Of a stretch of DNA of 15,741 nt, positions 1 to 7,755 are shown piece after piece. Position 1 is the first letter of the stretch, and each line of letters opens with the position of its first letter. The notes below the pieces were generated by a model. The model was not told the origin of the DNA. It worked only from the letters and a program-made list of their open reading frames with translations, and did no database searches. Both the position numbers and the translations under genes were made by a program. The stretch comes from Nanobdellota archaeon. GTDB lineage: Archaea; Nanobdellota; Nanobdellia; SCGC-AAA011-G17; JACPNG01. Location of the stretch: contig JBBSWJ010000027.1 in assembly GCA_038046345.1 (NCBI GenBank), positions 18,428-34,168 on the forward strand. The letters run 5' to 3'.

Positions 1-2
1 TA

Positions 3-101
3 AACTCAACAACTGCAGTATATGGTAGTGGTGGATTAGTCACAGCGCTAGCATTAGCAGTTATAACAAAACGAATCGGAAAAAGACTAATGCGAAAATA
101 G
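3..101 (+). CDS. 3' end of a gene entering from the left; C-terminal hydrophobic helix plus basic tail (probable membrane anchor of a surface protein)
   Basis: Manual translation from position 3 gives NSTTAVYGSGGLVTALALAVITKRIGKRLMRK, ending at TAG 99-101. A hydrophobic stretch is followed by a K/R-rich tail. Confidence 0.6.
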   Translation, partial: NSTTAVYGSGGLVTALALAVITKRIGKRLMRK

Positions 102-211
102 AACGCATAGTTCACCAAAAACACATAAGCTAATGACAAGGCTGAACACTGTTTCTATATATTTTCTGCTTAAAATTTTTAGTTTCGCACCAACAACATC
201 ATGTAAAAAAC

Positions 212-219
212 TTTAAAAA
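212..219 (+). promoter_or_regulatory. Archaeal TATA box for pan (probably leaderless transcript)
   Basis: TTTAAAAA at -29 to -22 from ATG 241, preceded by an A-rich BRE-like run. Confidence 0.55.
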
Positions 220-240
220 TAGCTTAATTAGTGTTAATCC

Positions 241-1365
241 ATGTCAATAGAAAGTTCTGATCCAAAACTCTATGAAATTAAACCATTGATAGATTTAGAA
301 AGAGAAAACAGGCATCTTAGAAGGACAATCAGCTTACTACAAACAGAGCTGCAAAGAATAAATGACAGACCTGCAGTAGTAGCAGAAGTAAAAAGCATAT
401 ACAAAAACAAAGCAATAATCAGAGTCCATAACGGAAATCAATTTGCAGTTAGCATAGGGAAAAAATTTGAAGATAAAATTAAAGTGCAAGATACAGTCTT
501 AGCAGAACAGAGAAGTTTAACAATAATTGATATTATAGAAGAACACAAATCACATGATGTTGAAAAATTTGTGATCATAGAAAAACCTGACACCAAGTGG
601 GAAGAGCTAGGTGGTTTACACGATCAGATAAGAGAACTAAAAGAGGTTGTTGAGCTTCCTCTAAAAAATCCAGAAATATTCAGAGAATTAGGAATAAAAC
701 CCCCAAAAGGAGTTATACTGCATGGACCAAGCGGTACTGGAAAAACAATGCTGGCAAAAGCTGTAGCAGCAAGTACAAATGCAACATTTATTGAGATAAT
801 AGCAAGCGAATTAAACCAAAAATTTATAGGGGAGGGAGCAAAACTTGTAAAAGATTTATTTGCTGTTGCAAGGGAAAAATCCCCAACTATAATCTTCATA
901 GACGAGATAGATGCATTAGCTGGTGAAAGATTAGAAAACGCAACATCCGGGGAAAGAGAAGTACAAAGAACATTTATCCAATTTCTGGCAGAAATGGACG
1001 GATTCAAATCTTTGGATAATGTAAAGATAATAGCAGCAACAAATAGGATAGACACAATAGACCCAGCACTATTAAGACCTGGAAGATTTGATAGGCTAGT
1101 AGAGGTTGGAATGCCAAACAAAGAAGAGCGAGAGGAGATATTTAAAATACACACAGAAAACATGAACACAGAAAAGATTAGCTTATCTTCACTTGCAAAA
1201 AAAACAGAAGAATTTAGCGGGGCAGATATACAAGCAGTATGCACAGAAGCAGGTTACAATGCATTGCGTGACAACCGTAAAAAAATAATTTTTAAGGATT
1301 TTATTAACGCAATAAACAAATTAAACAATGAGATTGTAGATGAACATGTTAATATGTTTGGGTAA
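241..1365 (+). CDS. pan: Proteasome-activating nucleotidase (AAA+ ATPase)
   Basis: N-terminal coiled coil and OB-like region, Walker A GPSGTGKT, pore loop KFIGEGA, Walker B IIFIDEID, SRH AATNRIDTIDPALLRPGRFDR, C-terminal HbYX-like MFG. Confidence 0.95.
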   Translation: MSIESSDPKLYEIKPLIDLERENRHLRRTISLLQTELQRINDRPAVVAEVKSIYKNKAIIRVHNGNQFAVSIGKKFEDKIKVQDTVLAEQRSLTIIDIIEEHKSHDVEKFVIIEKPDTKWEELGGLHDQIRELKEVVELPLKNPEIFRELGIKPPKGVILHGPSGTGKTMLAKAVAASTNATFIEIIASELNQKFIGEGAKLVKDLFAVAREKSPTIIFIDEIDALAGERLENATSGEREVQRTFIQFLAEMDGFKSLDNVKIIAATNRIDTIDPALLRPGRFDRLVEVGMPNKEEREEIFKIHTENMNTEKISLSSLAKKTEEFSGADIQAVCTEAGYNALRDNRKKIIFKDFINAINKLNNEIVDEHVNMFG

Positions 1366-1399
1366 AAAGATATTTAAATTAATAATGATTTAATTAAGC

Positions 1400-2020
1400 A
1401 TGCTACAAAATAGTTTTGTAAAAACAGTTGGCTTGCTATTCTTAATTATAGGTGTTTCTTTGTTCTTCTTCTCAATGGCCGCAGAACAGGTGGCAGACTT
1501 ATTTCAAGACCATGAAGAATTTAAAATAAAGTTTGTTGATACATTATTAGACGACAACCATTACAAAAAATTATCAGAACAGTATAGAAACTTAGCTAAA
1601 AAACCGCCATCAAAAGAGGTATTAAGAGAAAGATTACTAAAAGATGAAAACAAGTTTTTTAGCAGTCTGCCTTCATCAGAAAAAATAAACCAAGATGCGT
1701 CACCAGTATTTTTAACAGCAATAGTGCTGATAACAGCAGGCTTAGCAGCAATACTATTAGGCAACCTAAAAGATATCATGAATGCATTTTATTACTTCAG
1801 TCTGGCTGGAACATTATCGGGAGCAATAGGTTTAGCATTGATGCTTAGCATTCCAACAATGGTATTCAATTCAATAGGTAACTCACTAGGTCTGCCATCA
1901 AAGGATTTATTATTCAAAGATATTTTACAAGAATTCATAAGAAGTAACACGATAATAGTTATTGTGGTCACAGGGGCATCTTTATTAGCATTCGCAATAA
2001 TCCACTTTATTAAAAAATGA
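1400..2020 (+). CDS. Hypothetical membrane protein (about 4 TM segments, with a ~70 aa soluble loop after the first)
   Basis: 206-aa ORF with clear hydrophobic segments. TATA-like TTTAAATT at 1373-1380. ATGA overlap with thpR. Confidence 0.8.
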   Translation: MLQNSFVKTVGLLFLIIGVSLFFFSMAAEQVADLFQDHEEFKIKFVDTLLDDNHYKKLSEQYRNLAKKPPSKEVLRERLLKDENKFFSSLPSSEKINQDASPVFLTAIVLITAGLAAILLGNLKDIMNAFYYFSLAGTLSGAIGLALMLSIPTMVFNSIGNSLGLPSKDLLFKDILQEFIRSNTIIVIVVTGASLLAFAIIHFIKK

Positions 2021-2526
2021 GATTGTTTATAGCAATATTGTTGCCAGAAGAAATAAAAAAGTATATCATAGAATTACAAACTAAATTTTCCTATGAAGAT
2101 ATAAGATTTGTAGAAAAAGATCAGCTGCACATTACTTTAAAGTTCCTTGGAGGTACAAATGAAAACATCAAAGAAAAATTAAGAAAGGTTAAGGCTAATC
2201 CTTTTGATTTAAACCTTACGCATCTTGGTGTGTTTCCCACCAAGAATAATCCAAGAGTATTATGGGCTGGGACTAGCAATGAATGTTTCCAATTAGTTGA
2301 TAATATTCACAAAACAGTTAATCCACGTAGTTTAAACGACCAGTTCCATAGTCATATAACTATTGGTCGAATCAAAAAGATTAAAGATCCAAAAAAATTT
2401 AATAAACTATTAACCACAGACATTAAAAAAATAAAGTTTAAAGTTGACGAATTTTGTTTGATTGAAAGCAAGTTAAATCTTGATGGTGCTAAATATAAGC
2501 TAATTGAAAGATATAAGCTAGGATAA
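2017..2526 (+). CDS. thpR: RNA 2',3'-cyclic phosphodiesterase / 2'-5' RNA ligase (2H phosphoesterase)
   Basis: MRLFIAI N-terminus, two HxT motifs (HITLKFLG, HITIGR), GVFP...PRVLWAG and CLIESKL..GAKY signatures. Confidence 0.93.
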   Translation: MRLFIAILLPEEIKKYIIELQTKFSYEDIRFVEKDQLHITLKFLGGTNENIKEKLRKVKANPFDLNLTHLGVFPTKNNPRVLWAGTSNECFQLVDNIHKTVNPRSLNDQFHSHITIGRIKKIKDPKKFNKLLTTDIKKIKFKVDEFCLIESKLNLDGAKYKLIERYKLG

Positions 2527-2563
2527 TTAAGTTTATAATATTAAACAACCTCATTTCATTTTT

Positions 2564-3166
2564 ATGCCAGACTACTTTAGCATTTTCTTTAAACGTGAGA
2601 AAGACAGAACATTAGTCCAAACCGTGCCTAGTATTATTATCCATAACGGAAGATGGAAAGATCTTGTAGACATGGCTGATAGTGTACTCGCGCACCACAG
2701 CACACCTAAAAGCCTAACAATTACATTGTTACGAACTGGCATAGAAGGACGTACCGGCGAGTATAATATTAATTTTGGTAAATTATTTGAATATTACCTC
2801 GCCTTTCCATGGCTAACAGCAGCTAGGGATTATCTAAGGGGGATTATTAAGCATGGTGTGAAATATATTCTTGTATCTGGTCCTTGTGATGATAGTAAAA
2901 GAGCCGGTGATGTATTACTAACTACTTTAGGGGATCGTGCTATGCTCACATTAGAAGGCAGAGTTGATGCTCTCGCAGAACTAGCAGATAAAAATCCAGG
3001 TAAGCTATGGACAATATCAATCTCACCAATAATTCCTGATAATCCTGAAGAACATAAACATGAAATGTATGCCCTCCAAGACCAACATGCCCCGTTTAAT
3101 GATAAAGTAGTTTATGTTGATGCATCAGCATTTTTAAAAATTATAGACTCTCAATCACCTGCCTGA
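2564..3166 (+). CDS. Hypothetical soluble protein, no family recognised
   Basis: 200-aa ATG-initiated ORF with its own TATA-like TTTATAAT at 2532-2539 and globular alpha/beta-like composition. Confidence 0.7.
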   Translation: MPDYFSIFFKREKDRTLVQTVPSIIIHNGRWKDLVDMADSVLAHHSTPKSLTITLLRTGIEGRTGEYNINFGKLFEYYLAFPWLTAARDYLRGIIKHGVKYILVSGPCDDSKRAGDVLLTTLGDRAMLTLEGRVDALAELADKNPGKLWTISISPIIPDNPEEHKHEMYALQDQHAPFNDKVVYVDASAFLKIIDSQSPA

Positions 3167-3794
3167 TAACCTCAGCCCTCTTTTTACCAATTTTTCCAAC
3201 TTTTTGTAAATCATCCTTAGATGCATTAAACACCTTTTCAACGGAACCAAAATAGCTAAGCATGTTGGATGCAAGTGTTGGTCCAACTCCAGGAAGGGAT
3301 TCAATTACAAACTGTTGTTGTTCTTTCAATGTCAAAGGTTTTTTCTTATGCATTAATGATATATCCCTATGCGGTCCAGATAATCTTTTTGATATAACAC
3401 CGATCAGTGCAGCAGTATCTCGCACATTTCTGGTATATAATATTGGAATCTTTAAGTCTATAGCAATTGCTGCAAGCATTCCACGAATTGCATTAGGATG
3501 AAACTTTCTCAAAGTATAAAAGTTCTGTGATCCTTCAATCACCAGTAATGGTAGTTCAAACTGTTCTTTAAGATCAATTAATTGTTTAATTAATCGCTTA
3601 TCAATCACAGAATTTAAAAAGTCATTACGAGTTTTTTTCTCAATGCCAACTAGCTGGATTTTACCATCACTATTTTCTGTGCTTATAATAAAATCTGCAA
3701 CAAGTAACGATTTAACCTCAACTTCTATATTAAGTTTAGCTAAATGAATAATAATCCCAGATGGTCTTTCACGGTAGTCAACAATTACTTTCAT
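3141..3794 (-). CDS. xpf: ERCC4/XPF-family structure-specific nuclease with C-terminal (HhH)2 domain; equivalent to the Hef nuclease half
   Basis: VIVDYRE, ADFII, EKKTRND (ERKxxxD-like), LLVIEG, and HhH motifs SLPGVGP and VGKIGKKRA. Confidence 0.92.
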   Translation of the reverse strand: MKVIVDYRERPSGIIIHLAKLNIEVEVKSLLVADFIISTENSDGKIQLVGIEKKTRNDFLNSVIDKRLIKQLIDLKEQFELPLLVIEGSQNFYTLRKFHPNAIRGMLAAIAIDLKIPILYTRNVRDTAALIGVISKRLSGPHRDISLMHKKKPLTLKEQQQFVIESLPGVGPTLASNMLSYFGSVEKVFNASKDDLQKVGKIGKKRAEVIRQVIESL

Positions 3795-5305
3795 CAGAAC
3801 TTTTCCAGAGTGTTGTCTTTTAAACTTTTCTTGATATCTTGAAGAACAGTAGACATTGTTTTTTCATCTTTGCGTGATTTCCAAAAAAATGCAGAATCAC
3901 GAGTGTTCTTAGTTACAATATACACTATTCTTCCTGGTTTAATGCGTGCAACTCGCCCCGCACGTTGAATACGCCTAACTGCGGATGCAACATGGTCATA
4001 GAACATAGCAAGATCAAGTCCTTCGATGGATAAGCCTTCTTCCCCTATGCTTGTAGCAACAATCACATTATACTTGCCTGATTCTAATTGTTTAATTGTA
4101 TTTATCTGCTGTTTTTGGGTGATCCCTTCTTTTTGTCCCATAAGTTTTACTGGTCTGGCACCATTGACTGACTCAGCAATTTTCACAAGAGAGTCAACAG
4201 TAGAACGATAATTAGCAAACACAATTGTTTTAGAGTTTGGATTTTGTAAAAATTGTTCAGATAACAAGTTCTTAAACACTATCATCTTAGGATGAACAAC
4301 CCCTGCTTTAGTTAAAGACTGTAAGATGCTAATAGCTTCTAATATTGCTTTATCATCACAAACAGCCTTAGCAGCTTTAGAAGATTCATCTTTTAATTGA
4401 TTTAGATAATTTAATGCTTGTTCAATCCCCTGTGTTTCTAATAATTCCATCGCGTAATCTACTTTTAGCGCTTGCGCAACCACTGATATTCCATAAAAAG
4501 CTGAGGCATTTTTTTTAATTATTTCTTGGCGTAGACGTATTTGAACTGCTAATAAATCTTTTTTGCTTGTAACTGAAGCTGGTTTTCTAAATCCAACTCT
4601 TGATAACTTTTTAACTTTCTCAACGTATACGTCATGCAATAATTTATGAATTTTTTTAATGTTATCGGGCAACTCAACTTCTATAAGATCATATTCTCTG
4701 GATTGAATATAATTTTTTACATCATCATCCTGATCAGTTCTGACTTCAACATCATCAATAAATAGATTAGTGCATATTTCGTTTATTTTCTCTTTTGTAT
4801 GACCAGGAGAAGCAGTTAAAGCAAGTATATGCTTTGTTTTACATTGCGACTCCATGTAAGCTTTAGCAATTACTGTATTGGCAAACTTCATTCTTGATCT
4901 ATGTGCTTCATCTATCACTAATAATGAAACATCATCCAAACTAATACGACTATTTTCCACATCTGACTGGATGGTTTGTGGTGTTGCAATAATTATTAGT
5001 CCAACGTCCCAAAATTTTTTTCTTACTTTAGGCTGCATGGCTCCTGTATAAATTATTATCCTTGAAGATGGTATCGTAGTGTGTTCAATAAAAGTGTTAA
5101 CATGTTGCTGGCATAATGGTTTAGTTGGACTACAAATTAAAACTTTGGAGTTTGGAATATTATTAAGCCGGTCTATTGCTACCATTAAAGAGATTGCTGT
5201 TTTTCCAACACCCGTGGGCAGAACTACTAAAGTATTCTTTTTTATGCAAGTCTTGGAGATATTTTCTTGGTATGCTCTTGGCTTAAAATTTTTTATTGAA
5301 AACAT
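3794..5305 (-). CDS. hef: Hef/FANCM (Mph1)-like SF2 DEAH helicase, helicase half only
   Basis: Q motif PRAYQ, Walker A LPTGVGKT, DEAH, LTASPG, HPK, TSIGEEGL, QRAGR, and the helical insert typical of Hef. Confidence 0.92.
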   Translation of the reverse strand: MFSIKNFKPRAYQENISKTCIKKNTLVVLPTGVGKTAISLMVAIDRLNNIPNSKVLICSPTKPLCQQHVNTFIEHTTIPSSRIIIYTGAMQPKVRKKFWDVGLIIIATPQTIQSDVENSRISLDDVSLLVIDEAHRSRMKFANTVIAKAYMESQCKTKHILALTASPGHTKEKINEICTNLFIDDVEVRTDQDDDVKNYIQSREYDLIEVELPDNIKKIHKLLHDVYVEKVKKLSRVGFRKPASVTSKKDLLAVQIRLRQEIIKKNASAFYGISVVAQALKVDYAMELLETQGIEQALNYLNQLKDESSKAAKAVCDDKAILEAISILQSLTKAGVVHPKMIVFKNLLSEQFLQNPNSKTIVFANYRSTVDSLVKIAESVNGARPVKLMGQKEGITQKQQINTIKQLESGKYNVIVATSIGEEGLSIEGLDLAMFYDHVASAVRRIQRAGRVARIKPGRIVYIVTKNTRDSAFFWKSRKDEKTMSTVLQDIKKSLKDNTLEKF

Positions 5306-5326
5306 GATCGGGGATTGCTACATAAC

Positions 5327-5334
5327 TTTAAATA
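5327..5334. promoter_or_regulatory. Single TATA element centred between divergent genes (bidirectional promoter)
   Basis: TTTAAATA with a palindromic TTTAAA core lies 21 nt from the hef ATG (5305, minus) and 22 nt from ATG 5357 (plus). Confidence 0.55.
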
Positions 5335-5356
5335 GTTTGTTTTTGAGAATTTGGAA

Positions 5357-5620
5357 ATGTTACTTAAACTTTTAGGGGCCATAGATTTGATGACTGGGAT
5401 ATCAGTTGTATTAGTAAAGTTTGATATAAATATCTTTGCAACATTGTTCTTAGTTATATTTGCAATAAAATCTGTCATATTTATTACGAACCCTGCAAGT
5501 TGGATAGATATAATTGCTTTGATAATTTTTGTTTTAGTAATATTCGGAGTTTTTAATATAATTACATGGTTAGCTGTGATATGGGTTTTACAAAAAGGGA
5601 TAGTTAGTTTGGTTGTTTAG
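5357..5620 (+). CDS. Small hydrophobic membrane protein (87 aa, 3-4 TM)
   Basis: The ORF track starts at TTG 5351. ATG 5357 fits TATA spacing better. The protein is almost entirely hydrophobic (MLLKLLGAIDLMTG...LQKGIVSLVV). Confidence 0.8.
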   Translation: MLLKLLGAIDLMTGISVVLVKFDINIFATLFLVIFAIKSVIFITNPASWIDIIALIIFVLVIFGVFNIITWLAVIWVLQKGIVSLVV

Positions 5621-5952
5621 ATGTTATTATTCTTATTACCCTCCCTATATTATTATCATTCATAGCCTATGGATTTTTTAAGCTTAAGAGATGGACAATT
5701 AAATTACTTTTTATATTTTGTGCACTTGGAATTATCCTCACGCTTTTAGTATTACAGCCTTATAGGCATTTGCCTGACCTGTTACAAGGAGCTTACAAAG
5801 GATCATTCGGACCAGAAGACGATAGTTTATTAAATATTATACCGTTCTTATTTGTTATCCTAATTACTCAGGTACCATTTTTTCTCTGGTTGATTATCCC
5901 ATTATTCATTTTAAGAGATGTAAACAAACATAAAAAAGAATTTGTTAATTAA
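5608..5952 (+). pseudogene. Membrane-protein reading frame (~114 codons, 3 hydrophobic segments) lacking a canonical start; pseudogene, frameshifted gene or non-canonical start
   Basis: The frame of the 5770 ORF is open back to 5608 (DVIILITLPILLSFIAYGFFKLKRWTIKLLFIFCALGIILTLLV...). It has no ATG/GTG/TTG before 5770. ATG 5621 is out of frame and stops at 5663-5665. Confidence 0.45.
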
Positions 5953-6695
5953 TACTTTTTATATTTGTAAAAGTAAATAAAAACAATTATCATTGCAAGT
6001 AACAATGCAATAAGGATTGAATAAATCACATTAAGATAAATAGCCAAAACAAATGTTACCCCTATAAAAATAGTCGCAAATATATACAGCGGAATTGAAT
6101 TAAAAAATATTCTCCCGCCTTCAAGTCTAGGTAATGGTAATAGCTGGAAAGAAGCAAAGTATACGCAAATCTTGATAAATTGATCAAACATTCCATTTTG
6201 GTTTAATAACGAAGTAAACATCACCAATAATACGATAGCAAGAATACCAGATAATGCTATTTTAGCTTCTTCAAACCCTTCCATATGAACATATTGTCTT
6301 CCAGCTCTGTAATGCCTTTTTTCAGATTCTTGAAATGATGCTACTAATGGTAAAAAAAATGTACCCCTAGAAATAAAAGTTACAAAAAAGCTTATTATAG
6401 GTCCAATGTACAAGTTTTTTAGCTTAGACTTTTCAATAGCTTTGCCTCGATTTATATAAAATCTTTGAATGCACCATAGGCTAAAAGTAATTACAATAGA
6501 ATATTTTTTAGCAACAATCTTTTGTGTTATAAAGTATGTTCCAAAAATAACACAAACAGAAAGGAATACAACTAAAATATTCTTAAAGTACTCTCCTGCT
6601 TGAAATGTTTCATTTCCGTCATTAAAACCAAAGATAAAAGTTAATAATAAAACAGCTAAAATCACGTGGTTTAATTCTTTTTTTGAAAATTCCAT
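5949..6695 (-). CDS. Peptidase M50 (site-2 protease)-like membrane protein, catalytic motifs degenerate
   Basis: Matches the short archaeal M50 layout (MEFSKKEL..VILAVLLLTFIF; KIVAKKY; KIALSG; QLLPLPRLEGGRIF). HExxH is replaced by YFITQ and NxxPxxxLDG by QLLPLPRLEG. Confidence 0.7.
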   Translation of the reverse strand: MEFSKKELNHVILAVLLLTFIFGFNDGNETFQAGEYFKNILVVFLSVCVIFGTYFITQKIVAKKYSIVITFSLWCIQRFYINRGKAIEKSKLKNLYIGPIISFFVTFISRGTFFLPLVASFQESEKRHYRAGRQYVHMEGFEEAKIALSGILAIVLLVMFTSLLNQNGMFDQFIKICVYFASFQLLPLPRLEGGRIFFNSIPLYIFATIFIGVTFVLAIYLNVIYSILIALLLAMIIVFIYFYKYKKY

Positions 6696-7363
6696 TGTTC
6701 TTGTTTTTCGATTAGTCTTATTATTTCATCCTCATGGCCTGCACCAACTACTGCAACAATACTATTATTAGCCTGCATAATTCTATATAAATTTTTTGCC
6801 ATGTATTCATTTCTTTCAGATATAAGCACGCTGTAAACTGAGGGGTATCTTTCTTTGATTTTATTGGTAAGTTTTTCAATAAGCGCTTTATCGGGTACTT
6901 TATTTAGATTGATCTTAATCTTTTCTCTCTTTACTAATCCAATGATAATATCTTTAACAAACCTAAACTTTTCATGCCATGTAATACGCCTGGAAAGCTT
7001 CTTCATTGTAATTCTAACATCTTGATCGATCAGCACAAGTTCTGCCCCGATTTGTTTAGACGAATCCACTGCAGCTTTCATATCATCTCCAGGGGTTACA
7101 TTAACAATCTTGCCTAATTTTTTTTCAAGATACGCTCCAATTAGATTGAATAAGAACCCGTTTAGTCCAAGTTGGCTTATGTCCCGAAGGCGTAATTTAC
7201 GCTTTTCCTTGCTTAACAAAGAGTTTAGCCTTATAGGATCAAGCTCAATTGCCACAACATTAGGCTTGCTGGTTAATATAACTCTTCTTACTTCTTTTAC
7301 TGATTCAATAGCTATATGAGACGTTCCAATTAATATTAGTTTTTTGTATTGTTGCATCAGCAT
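6671..7363 (-). CDS. traB: TraB/PrgY/GumN (Tiki) family protein, soluble form
   Basis: LIGTSH, VVAIELDPIR, PGDDMKAA, LVLIDQDVRIT, ERNEYMA and VAVVGAGH motifs. Start could be ATG 7357 instead of 7363. Confidence 0.9.
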   Translation of the reverse strand: MLMQQYKKLILIGTSHIAIESVKEVRRVILTSKPNVVAIELDPIRLNSLLSKEKRKLRLRDISQLGLNGFLFNLIGAYLEKKLGKIVNVTPGDDMKAAVDSSKQIGAELVLIDQDVRITMKKLSRRITWHEKFRFVKDIIIGLVKREKIKINLNKVPDKALIEKLTNKIKERYPSVYSVLISERNEYMAKNLYRIMQANNSIVAVVGAGHEDEIIRLIEKQEQWNFQKKN

Positions 7364-7365
7364 AG

Positions 7366-7396
7366 AGAAATCTTTAAATACTTTAAAAGAGTTTCT
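7366..7396. promoter_or_regulatory. Back-to-back TATA boxes within an imperfect inverted repeat between divergent traB and PRC-barrel genes
   Basis: AGAAATCTTTAAA-TAC-TTTAAAAGAGTTTCT. TTTAAATA at 7373-7380 is -29 to -22 from ATG 7402. Confidence 0.5.
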
Positions 7397-7401
7397 GCCT
7401 T

Positions 7402-7683
7402 ATGGTTCTTAAACTAAAACACGTGTCAGATATGTATGGCATGAGTGTCTTCACAGATGTTGGTGACTACTTTGGTGATATTGAAGAAGGGATATTACAA
7501 GAAAATAAAGTTTTTGGGTGGAGAGTAAAGGCAACAAAGGCGTCATTCCTTAACAAAGTGCTTGGTGGTGCAAAGGGAGTTATTGTCCCGCATCAGATGG
7601 TAAAAGCAATTGGGGATATTATGATCATCAACAAAGCAGCAATACCAAGTTACGAAGAAAAAGAAGAAGAATTAAAAGATTAG
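7402..7683 (+). CDS. Stand-alone PRC-barrel domain protein (CdpB-like)
   Basis: GMSVFTDVGDYFGDIEE and GVIVPHQMVKAIGDIMII match the archaeal PRC-barrel pattern. Acidic tail. Confidence 0.85.
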   Translation: MVLKLKHVSDMYGMSVFTDVGDYFGDIEEGILQENKVFGWRVKATKASFLNKVLGGAKGVIVPHQMVKAIGDIMIINKAAIPSYEEKEEELKD

Positions 7684-7687
7684 ATAA

Positions 7688-7693
7688 TTTTTT
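7688..7693 (+). terminator. Possible oligo-T terminator after the PRC-barrel gene
   Basis: T6 run 4 nt after the stop codon and upstream of a new TATA box. Confidence 0.3.
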
Positions 7694-7726
7694 CTTACTA
7701 TGCTCAGGTTAAAATAATAATAAAGT

Positions 7727-7734
7727 TTTTATAC
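7727..7734 (+). promoter_or_regulatory. TATA box for the three-paralogue membrane operon
   Basis: TTTTATAC at -29 to -22 from ATG 7756, preceded by AATAAAG. Confidence 0.5.
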
Positions 7735-7755
7735 TATAAGATCCGCATATAGATA

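Noticed and set aside
101-115. GAAC-GCATA-GTTCAC mini-hairpin ending in TAGTTCAC, resembling an IS605-type right end
   Set aside because: Only a 4-bp stem, and no other transposon remnant nearby. Compatible with chance.
1351-1365. PAN C-terminus MFG instead of HbYX with Tyr
   Set aside because: Phe at the penultimate position is a known variant in archaeal PANs and is not novel.
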